From Eledone cirrhosa (Eukaryota): a DNA stretch of 64,000 nt. The translations under genes and the position numbers were made by a program. A model generated the notes under the pieces. That model searched no databases. It had not been told where the DNA came from and worked only from the letters and a program-made list of their open reading frames with translations. This document shows positions 13,553 through 26,371 of the stretch, piece after piece (position 1 is the first letter of the stretch; every line of letters starts with the position of its first letter). Location of the stretch: the NCBI GenBank assembly GCA_964016885.1, contig OZ024755.1, positions 6,200,001 to 6,264,000 on the forward strand. Reading direction: 5' to 3'.

Positions 13553-14713
13553 TGTGTGTGTGTGTGCGTGTGTGTGTGCGTGTGCATGTGGTTATAAAGC
13601 TGATAGATATTAATATTAAATTTTACATGTCAAATTTCATTTTTCATAATCAACCCAAATAGTAATTTATGAATTTCACCGGTTTTCGCATCTAAATTGA
13701 AATGCAACACACACACAAATGCATACACACACACACACGCATATACAAATAAACACATGTATAAATGCATATACACACACACACACACACACATTATATA
13801 TATATATATATATATATATACATACACACTCAAAGATATCAAATCTATAATGAAACATGTGAAGTATATATATACAAAATTTACCATCGCACACACACGA
13901 AAAAATTTATCCCAATAAATGTTCAATAATAGATCAAAAGATAGAAGACAAAGGCAAAAATAAATAGATAAATAACTGAATTTCCAGATCTTTGTTAGAA
14001 CTAAACTTATTCTTTGAAAAATATTCTCGAATTTATTTATCTTTCTTATATTCTTTCCTCTATTCGTCATTAATTTATATAATATGTTTATTCTTATATT
14101 TTATTATTGATCAATTTATCAAAATCTTTTCTTTTTCTTTCCGTGTTTTGTGTCTTTCAGTCTTTTAAATGAGATTAGGATTTGAATTAGTTTCGGATTA
14201 CATTTCTTTGTGATAAATTGGAAGGTTGCTGTGACATTGTGGCTATTATAATCAATTTAAAACTAGGTTTGCGGCCATTGCTAGTAATGGTGAAAGGAGA
14301 AGGTTTTCAGTAAAATGGACTTTTATTCACTTCCTGACAAATATTTATTTCACTTCTGTTTAGCTCAATGCAAGATATTAATTCATTACTGCAAGTTTAT
14401 CTGAAACCACGACAGATAACTGCCATGTGTTTGCACCTAGAAAGTTCTACTTTAAGGCATATATCTGGGCAAGAGATTTTGAGAAAAACTAGCGACCGCT
14501 GATATAAGCCAGCTTTCCTTCATCACTCCACAAATGTTGTTTAAGAGAAAACCAAAGGCCGACACAACTTAGTGTCAGTGTATCTCAGTTTACCCAACTG
14601 TACGGATAGATAAGAAGAAAATTAAAATGTCTCATCCTTGGACAAACGTCGCTACACGATTCGAGAATCGAACTCAAGAAATTTACTACTTAATACTATT
14701 GTAACGATACACG

Positions 14714-14810
14714 TGAAGGCGCATAGCTTAGTAGTTAGAGCATTGGGCTTGCAATTGAGAGGTTGGGAGTTCAATTCTCGGACCTGGTGATGTGTTGTGT
14801 CTTAGTAACA
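14714..14810 (+). mobile_element. tRNA-derived SINE family S2, head
   Basis: TGAAGGCGCATAGCTTAGTAGTTAGAGC...GAGTTCAATTCTCGG matches 48422-48550. Confidence 0.75.
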
Positions 14811-16184
14811 ACATCCAGTTATATATGTATATAACTACATAATGTTATTAGATAATGTTGGGTCGATAATGTAGGGGTCGATGAAATAAAGTACCAGTAA
14901 TACACTGGGATAATTGCTGGCCTTGTGCCAAAAGTAGAAACAGTTATTAGATAATGTTACGTATCGTAGTGGGCGGCGTCGAAGACGTTGCTTTTTTCCC
15001 TAAAATAAGTCTAAAAAATCTACCATATGTCCTGGAGGCAGAAAGTGTTTTATTATTTATTTTCAAATTTTTGGTTTTCAAAATTAGGGTGGGTCTTCGA
15101 GGTAGAAGTGTCATCGGCGCCGGGAAATACGGTATTTAGTTATATACTCACTGCTACTCAGATATTCACTCACCCACTCGCTCCTTTCCACACATACACA
15201 CCTCGTAAGCATTTGTGTGCGTAAGGCAGAAATGGCTTTTACTGGATCATCAATAAACAGATAGATCTCCATGCATCAGCAACGGACTTCTAAGAATATG
15301 AATTTAACCATATTCTCGCACTGAATTTCATGAAAGAATAAGAGATCAGAACATTAGCTGTTTGCATATGAACTGTCATTTTAAGTTCATGATTCATGAA
15401 TGTTTAATTTTTAAACAACCATACATCAAATATCATTTTGCAGTTTTCTGTTCATAGATTATATTCTTTATTTGAACTGAAGTCTTTTTATCGCTGGAAT
15501 AGATAATCAGTGTATCAAATTAACGCTATGATGAAAATAAATGCCAGCAGTCAGGATTAAGTGGGCTATATTTATCTCGAAATAACTGTTACAGGTTAAT
15601 GAAGATGGATGATGTTAGAGCAACATAACACTGCTTGATGGCCGACCAAAGAGTTACGTATTTAAATGCAGACAGAGCATATAAAATTAGTATATTAATA
15701 CTTAGTTATATACAAAATGAAAAAAAAAAACCTGTTAATTCAAGGAGGAGATCACCAAGAAATATCTGAGATATCTCAATACGGCTCCTGTCCTGATTAC
15801 TTGCTGAAGAGGGGACAATTCTTAGAGTTTCCTTCCAACACTACCCTATATTCATAAAGATACATTTGGGTGCAAGACTCAATATAGTTAATTAATGTTC
15901 AGTTAGCTGGCATTAATCGACCCCCATCTTGTCTTTTATCTTGAGAAAACAGAAATTGATCTGCACATTTCAACGCTCCTTAAGTATACCATTTCTTATA
16001 AACGTGTATCCAAATCACCATGGGGAATTTCAACCATTAAAAAACATACAAAGCTTCATTTAAACCCATCATTTATTTGCTAATGTCACACTTTAAGCCG
16101 CGCTGTTTGTGTTGTGATCAGCGACTCAGTTCTGCTGTGGAGTTGTGCAAACAATTCGACCAATATATAGAGTCAATGAAATAA

Positions 16185-16670
16185 GTGTTTCTACTTTAGG
16201 CTCAAGGCCAGCGGGGAGGGAGAAGTCGATGAAATCGACCCCAGTACTCACTGGTGCCTTATTTTATCGAACCCGTAGGGATGAAAAGCCAAAGCTAATT
16301 TCGGCAGGATTTGAACTCAGAACGTAAGGGACCATAACCCTCTGCCGCTCTACCGCTACTGCCAATCCATAAATAATACATGTAAATCAATTAACGATAT
16401 TATTTGTTTTTCAATGACTATAACAGCCTTCCACCACGTAACTGCTTCAGTTTCAATTTCAGTAGATTTCATTATATAAGGGCGGTGGATTGGCAGTATC
16501 GGTAGAGAGTCGGACGCCATGCTTTCCAGCATAGTTACGTCCCTTTACAGACTAAGTTCATATCCCACCGAGGTTAACTTTATTTTATCACTCCCGTAAG
16601 GAGGAAAGACAAAGTACCAGTAATGCATTGAGATAATTGCTGGCCTTGTGTCACAAATAGAAACAATTAT
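16185..16670. mobile_element. Two S1 SINE copies (16185-16370 minus, 16479-16670 plus)
   Basis: Similarity to the S1 consensus. Confidence 0.75.
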
Positions 16671-17034
16671 ATTTCATTATAGTATCCAGGGCACACGGTG
16701 AAAAAAAGCATACGGATAATTAACACTATATTGTTTGTTGCTCTACCGACTCTGCCAACCACAACTGTTTATTTGTATATTAGTTACAATATGTCAAACC
16801 TCAGAAGTCACTTCTCAATATCACATTTGTACATAATTTCAACAGACATCACAATCAATTATGGATAACTCTCAACAGAGAGAATGCAGAATGACAGATG
16901 ATATGATACGATATTAAGTTCAAGGAATAAGGATGAATATTTATAATTACGTATACACATACACCCAAACACTGGAATCTATATGTTCGTATCGGTATAT
17001 CTATGAATATGAATGTGGCTAAGTATCTATGTAA

Positions 17035-17073
<39 letters not shown>

Positions 17074-17198
17074 CACAGACATATATATATAAGTGTATAT
17101 ATATTATAACTATTATATACTGTAACTATACTCTACTCGCCCAAATAACCTGTACTCTGTTGAGTAATGGTCGAAAAAGTGTCAAACTGAATCCAGCT

Positions 17199-17237
<39 letters not shown>

Positions 17238-17240
17238 TAT

Positions 17241-17452
17241 TGAAGGCAGCCGGCCGAGGTAGAAGCTGCTAAATAGTCGGTCGTCCTCTTGTCTCTGATT
17301 TTCAGCCCCATAGATTTTATCTGTTATATTCCTTTGTTATATTTTGAATACCTGATGATGTCACCGGATTCATACTAAACCCGGTCATTGAAATGATCAT
17401 AGTATAATAAACCTTTCAAGGATTTACACCAGTCCAGCCTCCTGTTATTTTA
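17241..17452 (+). mobile_element. Hammerhead-bearing short element, family C
   Basis: Bounded by (TA)n on both sides; a closely similar reverse copy lies at 29265-29468. Confidence 0.8.
17348..17405 (+). ncRNA. Type I hammerhead ribozyme motif, family C
   Basis: ATAC-CTGATGA-TGTCACCGG(loop)CCGGTCA-TT-GAAA-TGATCA-TA-GTAT: stem I ATAC/GTAT, intact core, palindromic stem III, AUA triplet. Confidence 0.8.
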
Positions 17453-17475
17453 TAATATATATATATATATATATT

Positions 17476-17629
17476 TTAGTTATGTAATAAACAACATAAG
17501 ATAATTATTTCAAGAAACCACTGGTAAATGAAATAATTATCTTATGTTGTTTATTACATAACTAATAAGCTCTGTAACCTACATAGAGCACTCTTTTTTC
17601 CTGGACCTTTCCGACGGAATTACTTCATT

Positions 17630-17633
<4 letters not shown>
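17476..17633 (+). mobile_element. Fold-back insertion: perfect 37-bp inverted arms plus tail
   Basis: Arms are 17476-17512 and 17529-17565. The spacer holds GAAA-CCACTGG-TA, a hammerhead 3' half. The ~68-bp tail runs into (TA)n. Confidence 0.75.
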
Positions 17634-17680
<47 letters not shown>

Positions 17681-17683
<3 letters not shown>

Positions 17684-17823
17684 CAAAGTGTTATTTAATT
17701 TGTTGGTTATTCAACAGATTTATAACAGATTCGAAGCACTCTACAGTTTTCTTCTCGAGTATAATATCAATAAAATTAATAAATGGAAACTATGTTTTAT
17801 AAAGACAGTTTCCATTTACTAAT

Positions 17824-17830
<7 letters not shown>
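17681..17830 (-). mobile_element. Fold-back insertion, family E
   Basis: AATAAAATTAATAAATGGAAACT / AGTTTCCATTTACTAATTTTATT inverted pair. The arm resembles the sequence 3' of the 60686 ribozyme (60645-60680) and 28210-28235. Confidence 0.6.
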
Positions 17831-17856
<26 letters not shown>

Positions 17857-18078
17857 GTAGCGTATTGTGTGAATGTGTGTCTATATGCACACATGATAAT
17901 AATTTAATGCGTTTCTGACTGTTTATGTATATGTGTGTATAAGACATATATAAATCTAAGAATGTACATTACCAACAGAGATCAGAACTGGAGAAGACTT
18001 ACCTAAAAAAGAATGAATAGAGAAATATAAATATACTGTTAAGGAGATTTTATGATATAGACAGACATAAATACACAT

Positions 18079-18297
18079 AGATGTCAACATGAATGGACCT
18101 GTTATTTTTATCTAAAGACATGTTTTCCTATTCCACCCCGCCCGTCCCTTCAATCTTTCTTATTTTTCAATCTTTCTTCTGATGAAGGACTAGCGTCCGA
18201 AACGTTAAGACCCTCTTCCTGCTATATCAAGTGTTAACCTAATCTATCCCTTCCATATACTGTACCGATGTGTTGTTATTTCTGTTTGCCTTTTACA
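18079..18297 (+). mobile_element. Hammerhead-bearing ~220-bp short element, family A (best copy)
   Basis: Same start (GATGTCAACATGAATGG) and end (CTGTTTRCCTTTTACA-TA) as the copies at 41857 and 1648. Confidence 0.85.
18175..18210 (+). ncRNA. Minimal type I hammerhead ribozyme motif, family A
   Basis: TCTT-CTGATGA-A-GGAC(TAGC)GTCC-GAAA-CG-TT-AAGA: 4-bp stems I and II, loopless palindromic stem III (AACGTT), GUU triplet. Confidence 0.8.
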
Positions 18298-18310
18298 TTA
18301 TATATATATA

Positions 18311-18557
18311 TATATAGAATTCACAAGAATCAAAGCTGTGCTCAAAGCATTTATTCATTTACTTACATGCTTTGAACACAGCTTTGATTCTTGTGAATTC
18401 TATATAACTGCTCTGTAGAACAACTGATGTTATTACATTGAGCTATTTATCTTACTGGTAATAAGGTAGTAATAAATTACTGACCTTCACTGTTTAGGGT
18501 TTAAAATATATATAACTATAAAAAGTGTTAGTATATACATAACCATAAATAGTATCC

Positions 18558-18560
<3 letters not shown>
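18311..18560 (+). mobile_element. Fold-back insertion: 40-bp inverted arms plus tail
   Basis: Arms 18311-18350 and 18367-18406 (1 mismatch), between (TA)n tracts. Confidence 0.7.
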
Positions 18561-18595
<35 letters not shown>

Positions 18596-18832
18596 AGTAT
18601 AATCACAGCTTTGTTGGAGCGAACACCTTAAATATATATTTTTTTGTCAATGTGGTCTACCCTTGGTGGTAGGGTCCATACGGTAGATAGAACTCAATGT
18701 AATCTGCCGGCAATTAATCTAGTGAAATCCTCCGAAACGATCGTAAAACAATGATATGAATAGGCAAAATAACTCGACCGTGTTATTATTTTCATTGTTA
18801 AATTAATATCTAATATATATATATATATATAT

Positions 18833-18966
18833 AATAATAATAAATTTGAAGACTAAAATCGAAAGAGGGCTCGATAAGAATAAATATATATCAAATATAT
18901 AAGAACCGTAGAGCAAATATTTATTAAAATAGATTAAAGTTTAAACTTTAATCTGTTATTATAATA
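18833..18966 (-). mobile_element. Family D short fold-back insertion
   Basis: Tail matches 61685-61795; palindrome AGATTAAAGTTTAAACTTTAATCT at the fold-back point. Confidence 0.8.
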
Positions 18967-19024
18967 TATATATTGACCGGAAGAACAGAGAGGGGGAGGG
19001 AATGGAAGAAAGAGGGTCTAATAG

Positions 19025-19472
19025 TTTTCAATTTAGGCACAAGACCAACACTTTGGGGGGAGAGTAAAGTCCATTAAATCAACCCCGGAGCGTTACTGGT
19101 ACTTTATTTTATCGATCCCGTAAGGATGAAAGGCAAAACTAACCTCAACGGGATTTGAACTTAGAACATAAACGGCAGTGACTATACACCGTAACGCATG
19201 TTGTCCGACGTTCACCAGGCACTGTAAATCTACCGCCTCATAATGGACATTAACAATGGTTTCTTATATAGGCACAAAGCCAGCAATTTTGGGGGAAGGG
19301 AAAATCGATTAAAATTGACCCCAGTGCGTGACAGGTACTTTATTTTATCGACCCCGAAAGGTTGAAAGGCAAAGATAAAATCGGCCGGATTTGAATTCAG
19401 ATCATAAAGGGCCTTAACTCTATGCAAAGCATGTTGTCCGACCCTCTACCGATACTGTCAATCCACCGCCCT
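19025..19472 (-). mobile_element. Tandem dimer of SINE S1
   Basis: Two consecutive reverse copies; ATAATGGACATTAA is repeated at ~19239 and ~19474. Confidence 0.85.
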
Positions 19473-20361
19473 ATAATGGACATTAATAATAATGTATAAT
19501 ATAATTAAATAAAGTTCATATTCTGTTTGAAAAGAAATTTGAGATGTGATAAATATGCATTTGTTATTGTTATTAGCCTTATAAGTTAAATTATAGACCG
19601 AGTTGTGGCTGGAAACCGTACCGTTGCGTAAGCTTGATGAATACTTGCTTAATTTACAGTTCTTTGATAATATAAAAATTATATTTCCTGCCCACACATT
19701 TATAAACATTCATAGTCACATATATATGGAAATTAGAATATTACTGCCTCTTTGATTTTCTCATAGACTTCATCCAAAAAATAGAATAGCTTTGAAAAGA
19801 AAAAAAGCCAAGTGTGTCAAATTCCGGTTGAAAGAACAATTTCTATACTTCAGCAAATGATAAAAGAAATTACTGCTGGAATTATAAATGGATTTAATTT
19901 TGTTAAAGAATTTAAATATATAGCCAGACATTACAACTTTATTTATCTTATGAATCTTTTATTGTCTCGTTGTAAGATAATTAGACATTACGAGGAGAGA
20001 AATGAAACAAAAAAATAATTCAATTATATAAAAAAAGAAATGCCATAAATAAAATCTAAATATATTATTCAATTTCTACAAATGTGTTTATAGTCAGGGA
20101 ACTTTGAATATAGATGATAAAAGTGCTAGATATTGTTATTGAATTGGTGTTTCAGACTGACGCTGGCGTTGATAGTTTTGTAATAATTGCTTACTAAGCA
20201 GAATAAAAGACGGAAATATGATTTTAGTCATTTTTTTTTTTTGTATATATGAACATGAAAACTTTCAATATTGTATTCAGGCTCATTACCTAGATTTCTA
20301 GATTAGAAATGGGCTCTCGGTAAAGATTATAATAATAATTTTTTCTATCGTTTTGGCACAG

Positions 20362-20620
20362 TACGTTACTGGTACTTTATTTTATCGACCCCGTAAGGAT
20401 GAAAGGCAAAGTTAACCTCGGCGGGATTTGAACACAGAATGGAAAGGCCCGTAACTATGCGTCAAAGCATGGCGTCCGACCCTCTACCGATACTGCCAAT
20501 AATAATAATAATAATAATAATTGTTTCTACTTTTGGCACAAGGCCAGCAAATACCCAGTGCATTACTGGTACTTTATTTTATCAAGCCTAGAAGGATGAA
20601 AGGCGAAGTTAACCTTGCCT
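20362..20620 (-). mobile_element. Two partial S1 SINE copies
   Basis: Similarity to the S1 consensus. Confidence 0.8.
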
Positions 20621-21412
20621 TTATAAGGATTAAAATAATAATAATAATAATGAAATTATTGTGTAGTGTTCAGATGCCCTATAACTCATCAAAGGTGCAT
20701 GTATAGTACATAGAATAATGTACAAATGTCAGAAAAGTGAACAGTGTACGAGTCATGATACATGATATACATGTGTGCGTGTGTATGGAGTGGGGATATC
20801 AGGTGTAGTTTTATGTTTATAAGTGAAAACATATTGACTGTTTTAATGAAGAATCGAATCTTTTTCAGGAGGAACATCACCCATACGATCAATCTTGTTC
20901 ATCACAAAATATATAGCGGAACAAGATATGGTACTGCAATATCTGAAATAAAATTCAATTTCACAAAACTGGTGTTTATTGTAACTAACCCTAATGAAAA
21001 GTAAAACAAAATGCTATTATCCTATCGGACCAGGGAAACTTTGTTCTCATTGATCATTCCATTGCTGATATTATCTGGTTGGTCAACTCCTGAAAGAAAT
21101 GACACCAGTTTTCCAGTATAAAAAGCGGGCTTTGCAGTAAGGACGCAGATATAATTAGCGTTAATTTTTTCTAGAAACAAGCAGATGGAGTATCTTCCTA
21201 ACCAGAACATTACAAAAGTACAACAGTGGCAGAATATGTATGGCTTGACATAAATAAGACGGAAATATATATATCTGGGGTATGGTCCAAATCCGATTGC
21301 ATGAAGAAGAAAAAGAGGAAAAAGAGGAGGGAAAAGAAGAAAAAGAAGGAAAAGGAGAAAGAAAAGATCATTACTCAACAGAGTACTCGATAATTGGAAT
21401 AATAGAGTATGG

Positions 21413-21453
<41 letters not shown>

Positions 21454-22766
21454 TAGAGAGAGAGAGAGTGAGAGAGAGTGAGAGAGTGAGAGAGCGAGAG
21501 AGCGAGAGAGAGTGAGAGAGCGAGAGAGAGCAATCGAGAGAGAGAGCGAGAGCGAGAGAGCGAGAGCGAGAGATCGAGATCGAGATCGAGCGAGCGAGAA
21601 AGAGGGAGTGAGAGAGAGAGATTTCTTCCCGTTTTACTTTCTTTTTCAAGATTGTATTTTATTTGACAAGACACTTCAGTTTCTCTGGTTTTTATTGACA
21701 AACAACCTCTCTTCCCAACTTCACACAGCGTTGCTTTTATAGTTTACTGAGATTTCATTGCATAATATCGTATCTTCACCCGTTCCTCTCTCTCTCTACC
21801 TTTCTCAAAGGAATCGGATGAATATAAAATGCCACATGCTCTGTTTTTCCTTCTACCTATCTTTTTTCATGTTGTTCTTCATCTTAATTTATTTCAACGG
21901 CAAAGAAGAAGAAGAAGACAATGAAGTGGAAGAGCTTTCAGAATTACTTCCGTGTCGGTTGCTGTGAAAACGGTAGAAATGAATTTTGCCTGTTTATTAT
22001 ATATATACATACATACATACATACATATATATATATTTCTTTAACACAAAAAAAACTCTTAGCACTCTTAATGAAAATTGGTTACATTTGTTATTGTTAT
22101 TTTAGTCAGTATTATTGCTACTTTTCGTGAAACTGGGTAAGGAGATGGATGTGTGAGTTCTTTATTTCTGGTTTGTTTTCAACAAATTTAGTTTTAGAGA
22201 GGGTTGCTTCAGATATATATGAAAAACAGTTTTTTTTTTAGACTTCAGATTGTTTGCACTTTAGCTTGATTTGCTTGAATAATTTTTCTTTTGCTTCTAT
22301 TCCTGTTGTTTTGTACGCTGTTATTTTAGATACTGTTGTTTTGTTGCTGCAGCATTCGTTGATATTCTAGTTATTATTACTTCTCGGAATGTGGACAGGC
22401 AATATTTTATTTGATTTGTTTTATTGCATTGGGAATTATATTATTTTGTTATTGTTTTATTTCTATATTTTCTTGTTTTCGTTTGAGTGATTCTTGTGGG
22501 TCTTTTTACATGTTCGTTTATAATTTGTAAGGATTGTTTTTTCTTCTTGTTTTATTTCTATTCCTGATATCTTGTGGTTGTTGTTGTTATAGTTATGGAT
22601 TTATTCATATTCTTGCTTGTGGTTTATTTTCATTAATTTAAATTATTAACTGAATTTTCGCCACAAATAACACTTCATTCCTTTATTATACAAATATGAA
22701 TGAACACAGACTTGAACAAATACTCAAAAGTATGCACACGCATTATAGCATTATACATACATATAT

Positions 22767-22799
<33 letters not shown>

Positions 22800-22970
22800 A
22801 ATTTATATAGATATAAAAATATAAATGCATATATATATATAGATATAAATATATATATATATATAGATATAAATATATATATATATATAGATATAAATAT
22901 ATATATATATATAGATATAAATATATATATATATATAGATATAAATATATATATATAGATATAAATATAT

Positions 22971-23001
<31 letters not shown>

Positions 23002-23150
23002 AATATAAATATATATATAAATATAAATATATATATAATTGCAACATTTAATTGCAACTATATATTATATATCTTATATAAGAGAGAGAGAAAGATAGAT
23101 AGAGAGAGAGAGAGAGAAATAAATATTCATATACACACACATCTCATAGA

Positions 23151-23189
<39 letters not shown>

Positions 23190-23568
23190 GCACCCAACGC
23201 TCAATATCTCATATATTTCGACAAATGTATAATAATATTGTGATATACAAAGGTAACTATCACAGCTAGAATGTACATAGACACATTCACAACTACACAC
23301 AATTCTCTTAGTATTGTTGCACATATATTCATAGTTATCTGCCAAGGCATCATAGTAACATACTCACAAACATACTAGGAAATCAACTCACAGTTACTTC
23401 TTTTCCTTGTTATATCTGGTTAACAAACACATATACAAATGCAGGTACAAAATTACGCTGGAATCTTAAACACTTAGAACGAATAAAACCTATCAAAGTT
23501 TTTTTATGTTACGAGCAAATTTACATAAAGAATTCTGGAAAGTAAACATATCTATTTGTATAAAAAGT

Positions 23569-24105
23569 GAAGGCATCAGGCTTGCAATCGAAAGGCTGGG
23601 AGTTCAATTCTCGGAACGGGTGATGTGTTGTTTCCTTGAGCAAGACACTTTATTTAACGTTGCTCCAGTTTACTCAGCTGTAGAAATGAGATGATAGGGC
23701 TGGGGTCACTATCATTAAATCACCCAAGACACCACCAACGAGATATACCTTTGAGGAGGTCAGCTAAACCTGCATAGGTGTCAGCTGTCACATACACTCA
23801 TAAAAAGTGCACGATAAATTGACAAGTCAGTCAATCATATTGATGGCCTCCCCACAGACCCGGCGGACAGAATGGAAAAGGCGTTTATTCGGAGGACGGC
23901 AAGGGAGACGCGCTGAAAAAGCTATTCCAACTCGCTGGGCTCACACTAGCGGCTGGCCAGCTCAGCGAATATGGTGGTGAGTAGGGAGGTAGCCCTAGGG
24001 CCGAGGACACCAGAAGTCTCCACCGCCAAGGGTACAACTGCAAACCTGTCGGAGAGCGACCGATATTTGGAAAGTACACGATGAATAAGATAAACCAAAT
24101 GACAT
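23569..24105 (+). mobile_element. SINE S2 with long GC-rich 3' extension
   Basis: Head and core (CCTTGAGCAAGACACTTTATTT...CAGCTGTAGAAATGA) are shared with 48422-48650 up to CAAGACACC, followed by ~370 bp of GC-rich sequence. The 3' boundary is uncertain. Confidence 0.55.
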
Positions 24106-24323
24106 TCAATAAATTTAATAGAATACCAATCTTTCTCATTGAAGATTAAAAAGTGTCTCTAGCAAACCACATGTAGTTATAAAAATTACAAGTATATGAA
24201 GATATAGCGAAAGTAACTTTATACATTCTACACAGCAAATGTTGTTAACAATTTGAATGTAAGTTGTGGCATTAAATCTTTCAAGGAGAAAGATATATAT
24301 ATACACACAACTCACACACACAC

Positions 24324-24365
<42 letters not shown>

Positions 24366-25749
24366 CACAGAAAAACCCACACAAACTATATATATATATA
24401 TATATACATATATATACACACAAACACACACATATATATATATATAGAGAGAGAGAGAGGGAGAGATGTATAAGAAGAATCCACTCCAGTATTTCACTAT
24501 AACTTTATTTATCGACCGACTTTGGAATGCTGAATGGCAAGATTATCCACGGCACGATTTGAACTCAAATTGTAGAGGACTGAACAAATAATGTAAAATA
24601 TGTTTATTAGACTTTCTCATGACTGCCATTTTGCTGTAGCAGCAGCAGCAGTAGTAGTAGTAGTAGTAGTAGACAAAAAAGATATGAGAAGTAATAAAAT
24701 GAAAACCAAAATGAAGGTAACCATAGAAAAATAATGTTAAAAAATTGGATAGAATATAACGAAAAGAAACTATAAGAAAACAAACAAACGAAACGAATTT
24801 CAATAATTTTCCTCTCAACTAAATAAAAATTTCGTAACGCTTCATTTAATAATGCTTTTAACAGCAAAATAACTTGTATGGAATAAAAACAACAACACGA
24901 GACGGCAAGAGAAATGCTGAGAAGAACACGAGAATATATGTAAATATGTGATTGTGGAGAGATGGTATCAGACAGATAGATAGATAGATTGATAGATAGG
25001 GAGAGAGATAGAGAGATAGATAGATAGATAAACAGACAGATAGATAGATAAACAGACAGATAGATAGATAGAGAGGAAGATAGATAGAAGTAAAGCTGGA
25101 CACAGATGGAGATGGAGAAAGAGATGGAGAGGGAAAAGGAGAGAGAGAGAGAGTGAGAGAAGAGAGAGGTAGAAAGAAACAGCAAAGGTAAGAGAAGTAC
25201 AAAAGAAAGAAACAAGAACACCGACAAGATTTTAAGATTTAGAGAAAATGAATCAAGGAAAGGAAGGAAAGAAGTGAGACAAAACAACAAGAAATATAGA
25301 CGAATAAAAGACTGACAGAATGAAAAAAAAAATAGAGAGGAAGACGTAGGAACGATAACTCTCGCAAAAGTCCAAGAAAGTGGAAATATTTATAATTGGA
25401 AATTACTTTAAAAAAAAATATCAAAAGTGGATTCTTTTAATGCTTTTAAATTGAACAGTGCTTAATATATTACAAAGTTGTTACCAATTAAACGTAAGGT
25501 GTGTGTCTGTGTGTCTGTGTGTCTGTGTGTGTGTGTGTGTCTGTGTGTTTGTGTCTGTCTGTGTGTGTGTGTGTGTGTACAGAGAAAGAGAGTCTGTGGT
25601 GCTGAGACCAGGAAGGCAACTAATCGTGAGAGTACTCAATGCATAGGCAGATGCAGTGTGGGTATAGATATATGTAATAAGTGTGCTGGACACACAAGCC
25701 AAAATTGTACATATATATATATAAATATATACATACATAAATATATATA

Positions 25750-25877
25750 TGAAAAGAGTCAGGACCCCGACGGCTGAGCTCCGACCGTTTCGCCAGCTAG
25801 CCACTCTACTACCCTAAGTATCGAGTACTCTGCTGAGTTATGGTCCACCTGGTATCTTACCACACCTTCTTTGTTAT
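25750..25877. mobile_element. Family P insertion (inverted head plus tail)
   Basis: The inverted piece reads, on minus, GCTGGC-GAAA-CGG-TC-GGAG (hammerhead 3' half with GUC). It is joined to the plus-strand tail CCACTCTACTACCCTAAGTATCGAGTAC. Confidence 0.75.
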
Positions 25878-26094
25878 ATATACTGCATATATATATATAT
25901 TTAAAAAAAAGGAAAATAATGTCTTCACTTGTAGTTCTAAATAATTTGATTTAATTTTATATTACAATATTATGAGTTGGTAGATCTAGTAAGTTATTTG
26001 TTAACTTCGGTGGGAGGAATTTTAAAGAATCCTGCTTAAATTTCTTGGAGAACTTTCTCGTATTCATCGGTGGCAATTGTCAAATTGAGATCAG

Positions 26095-26129
<35 letters not shown>

Positions 26130-26134
<5 letters not shown>

Positions 26135-26371
26135 TATTGAGTTAGAAACTCAAAATAGTCTCTTACAATTAAATAGCTCAAAGAAAGAAGTTTTTCTGAG
26201 CCGTGTAATATAATTGAATATACAAGAGAGATAAACACGAATATAAACATACATGCGTTCGAATTGTAAAGGACCAAGTTCACTAGTTCACCTTAGTGAA
26301 CCTGGTCCTTTACAATTCGAACACATGTATGTTTATATTTATGTTTATCTCTCTTGTATATTCAATTATAT
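26130..26371 (-). mobile_element. Fold-back insertion: 78-bp inverted arms plus ~78-bp tail
   Basis: Arms 26208-26285 and 26294-26371 with few mismatches; (TA)n on both sides. Confidence 0.8.

Noticed and set aside
21690-22145. Possible promoter or first exon after the (GA)n tract
   Set aside because: Only weak donor-like motifs, with no supporting evidence from sequence alone.
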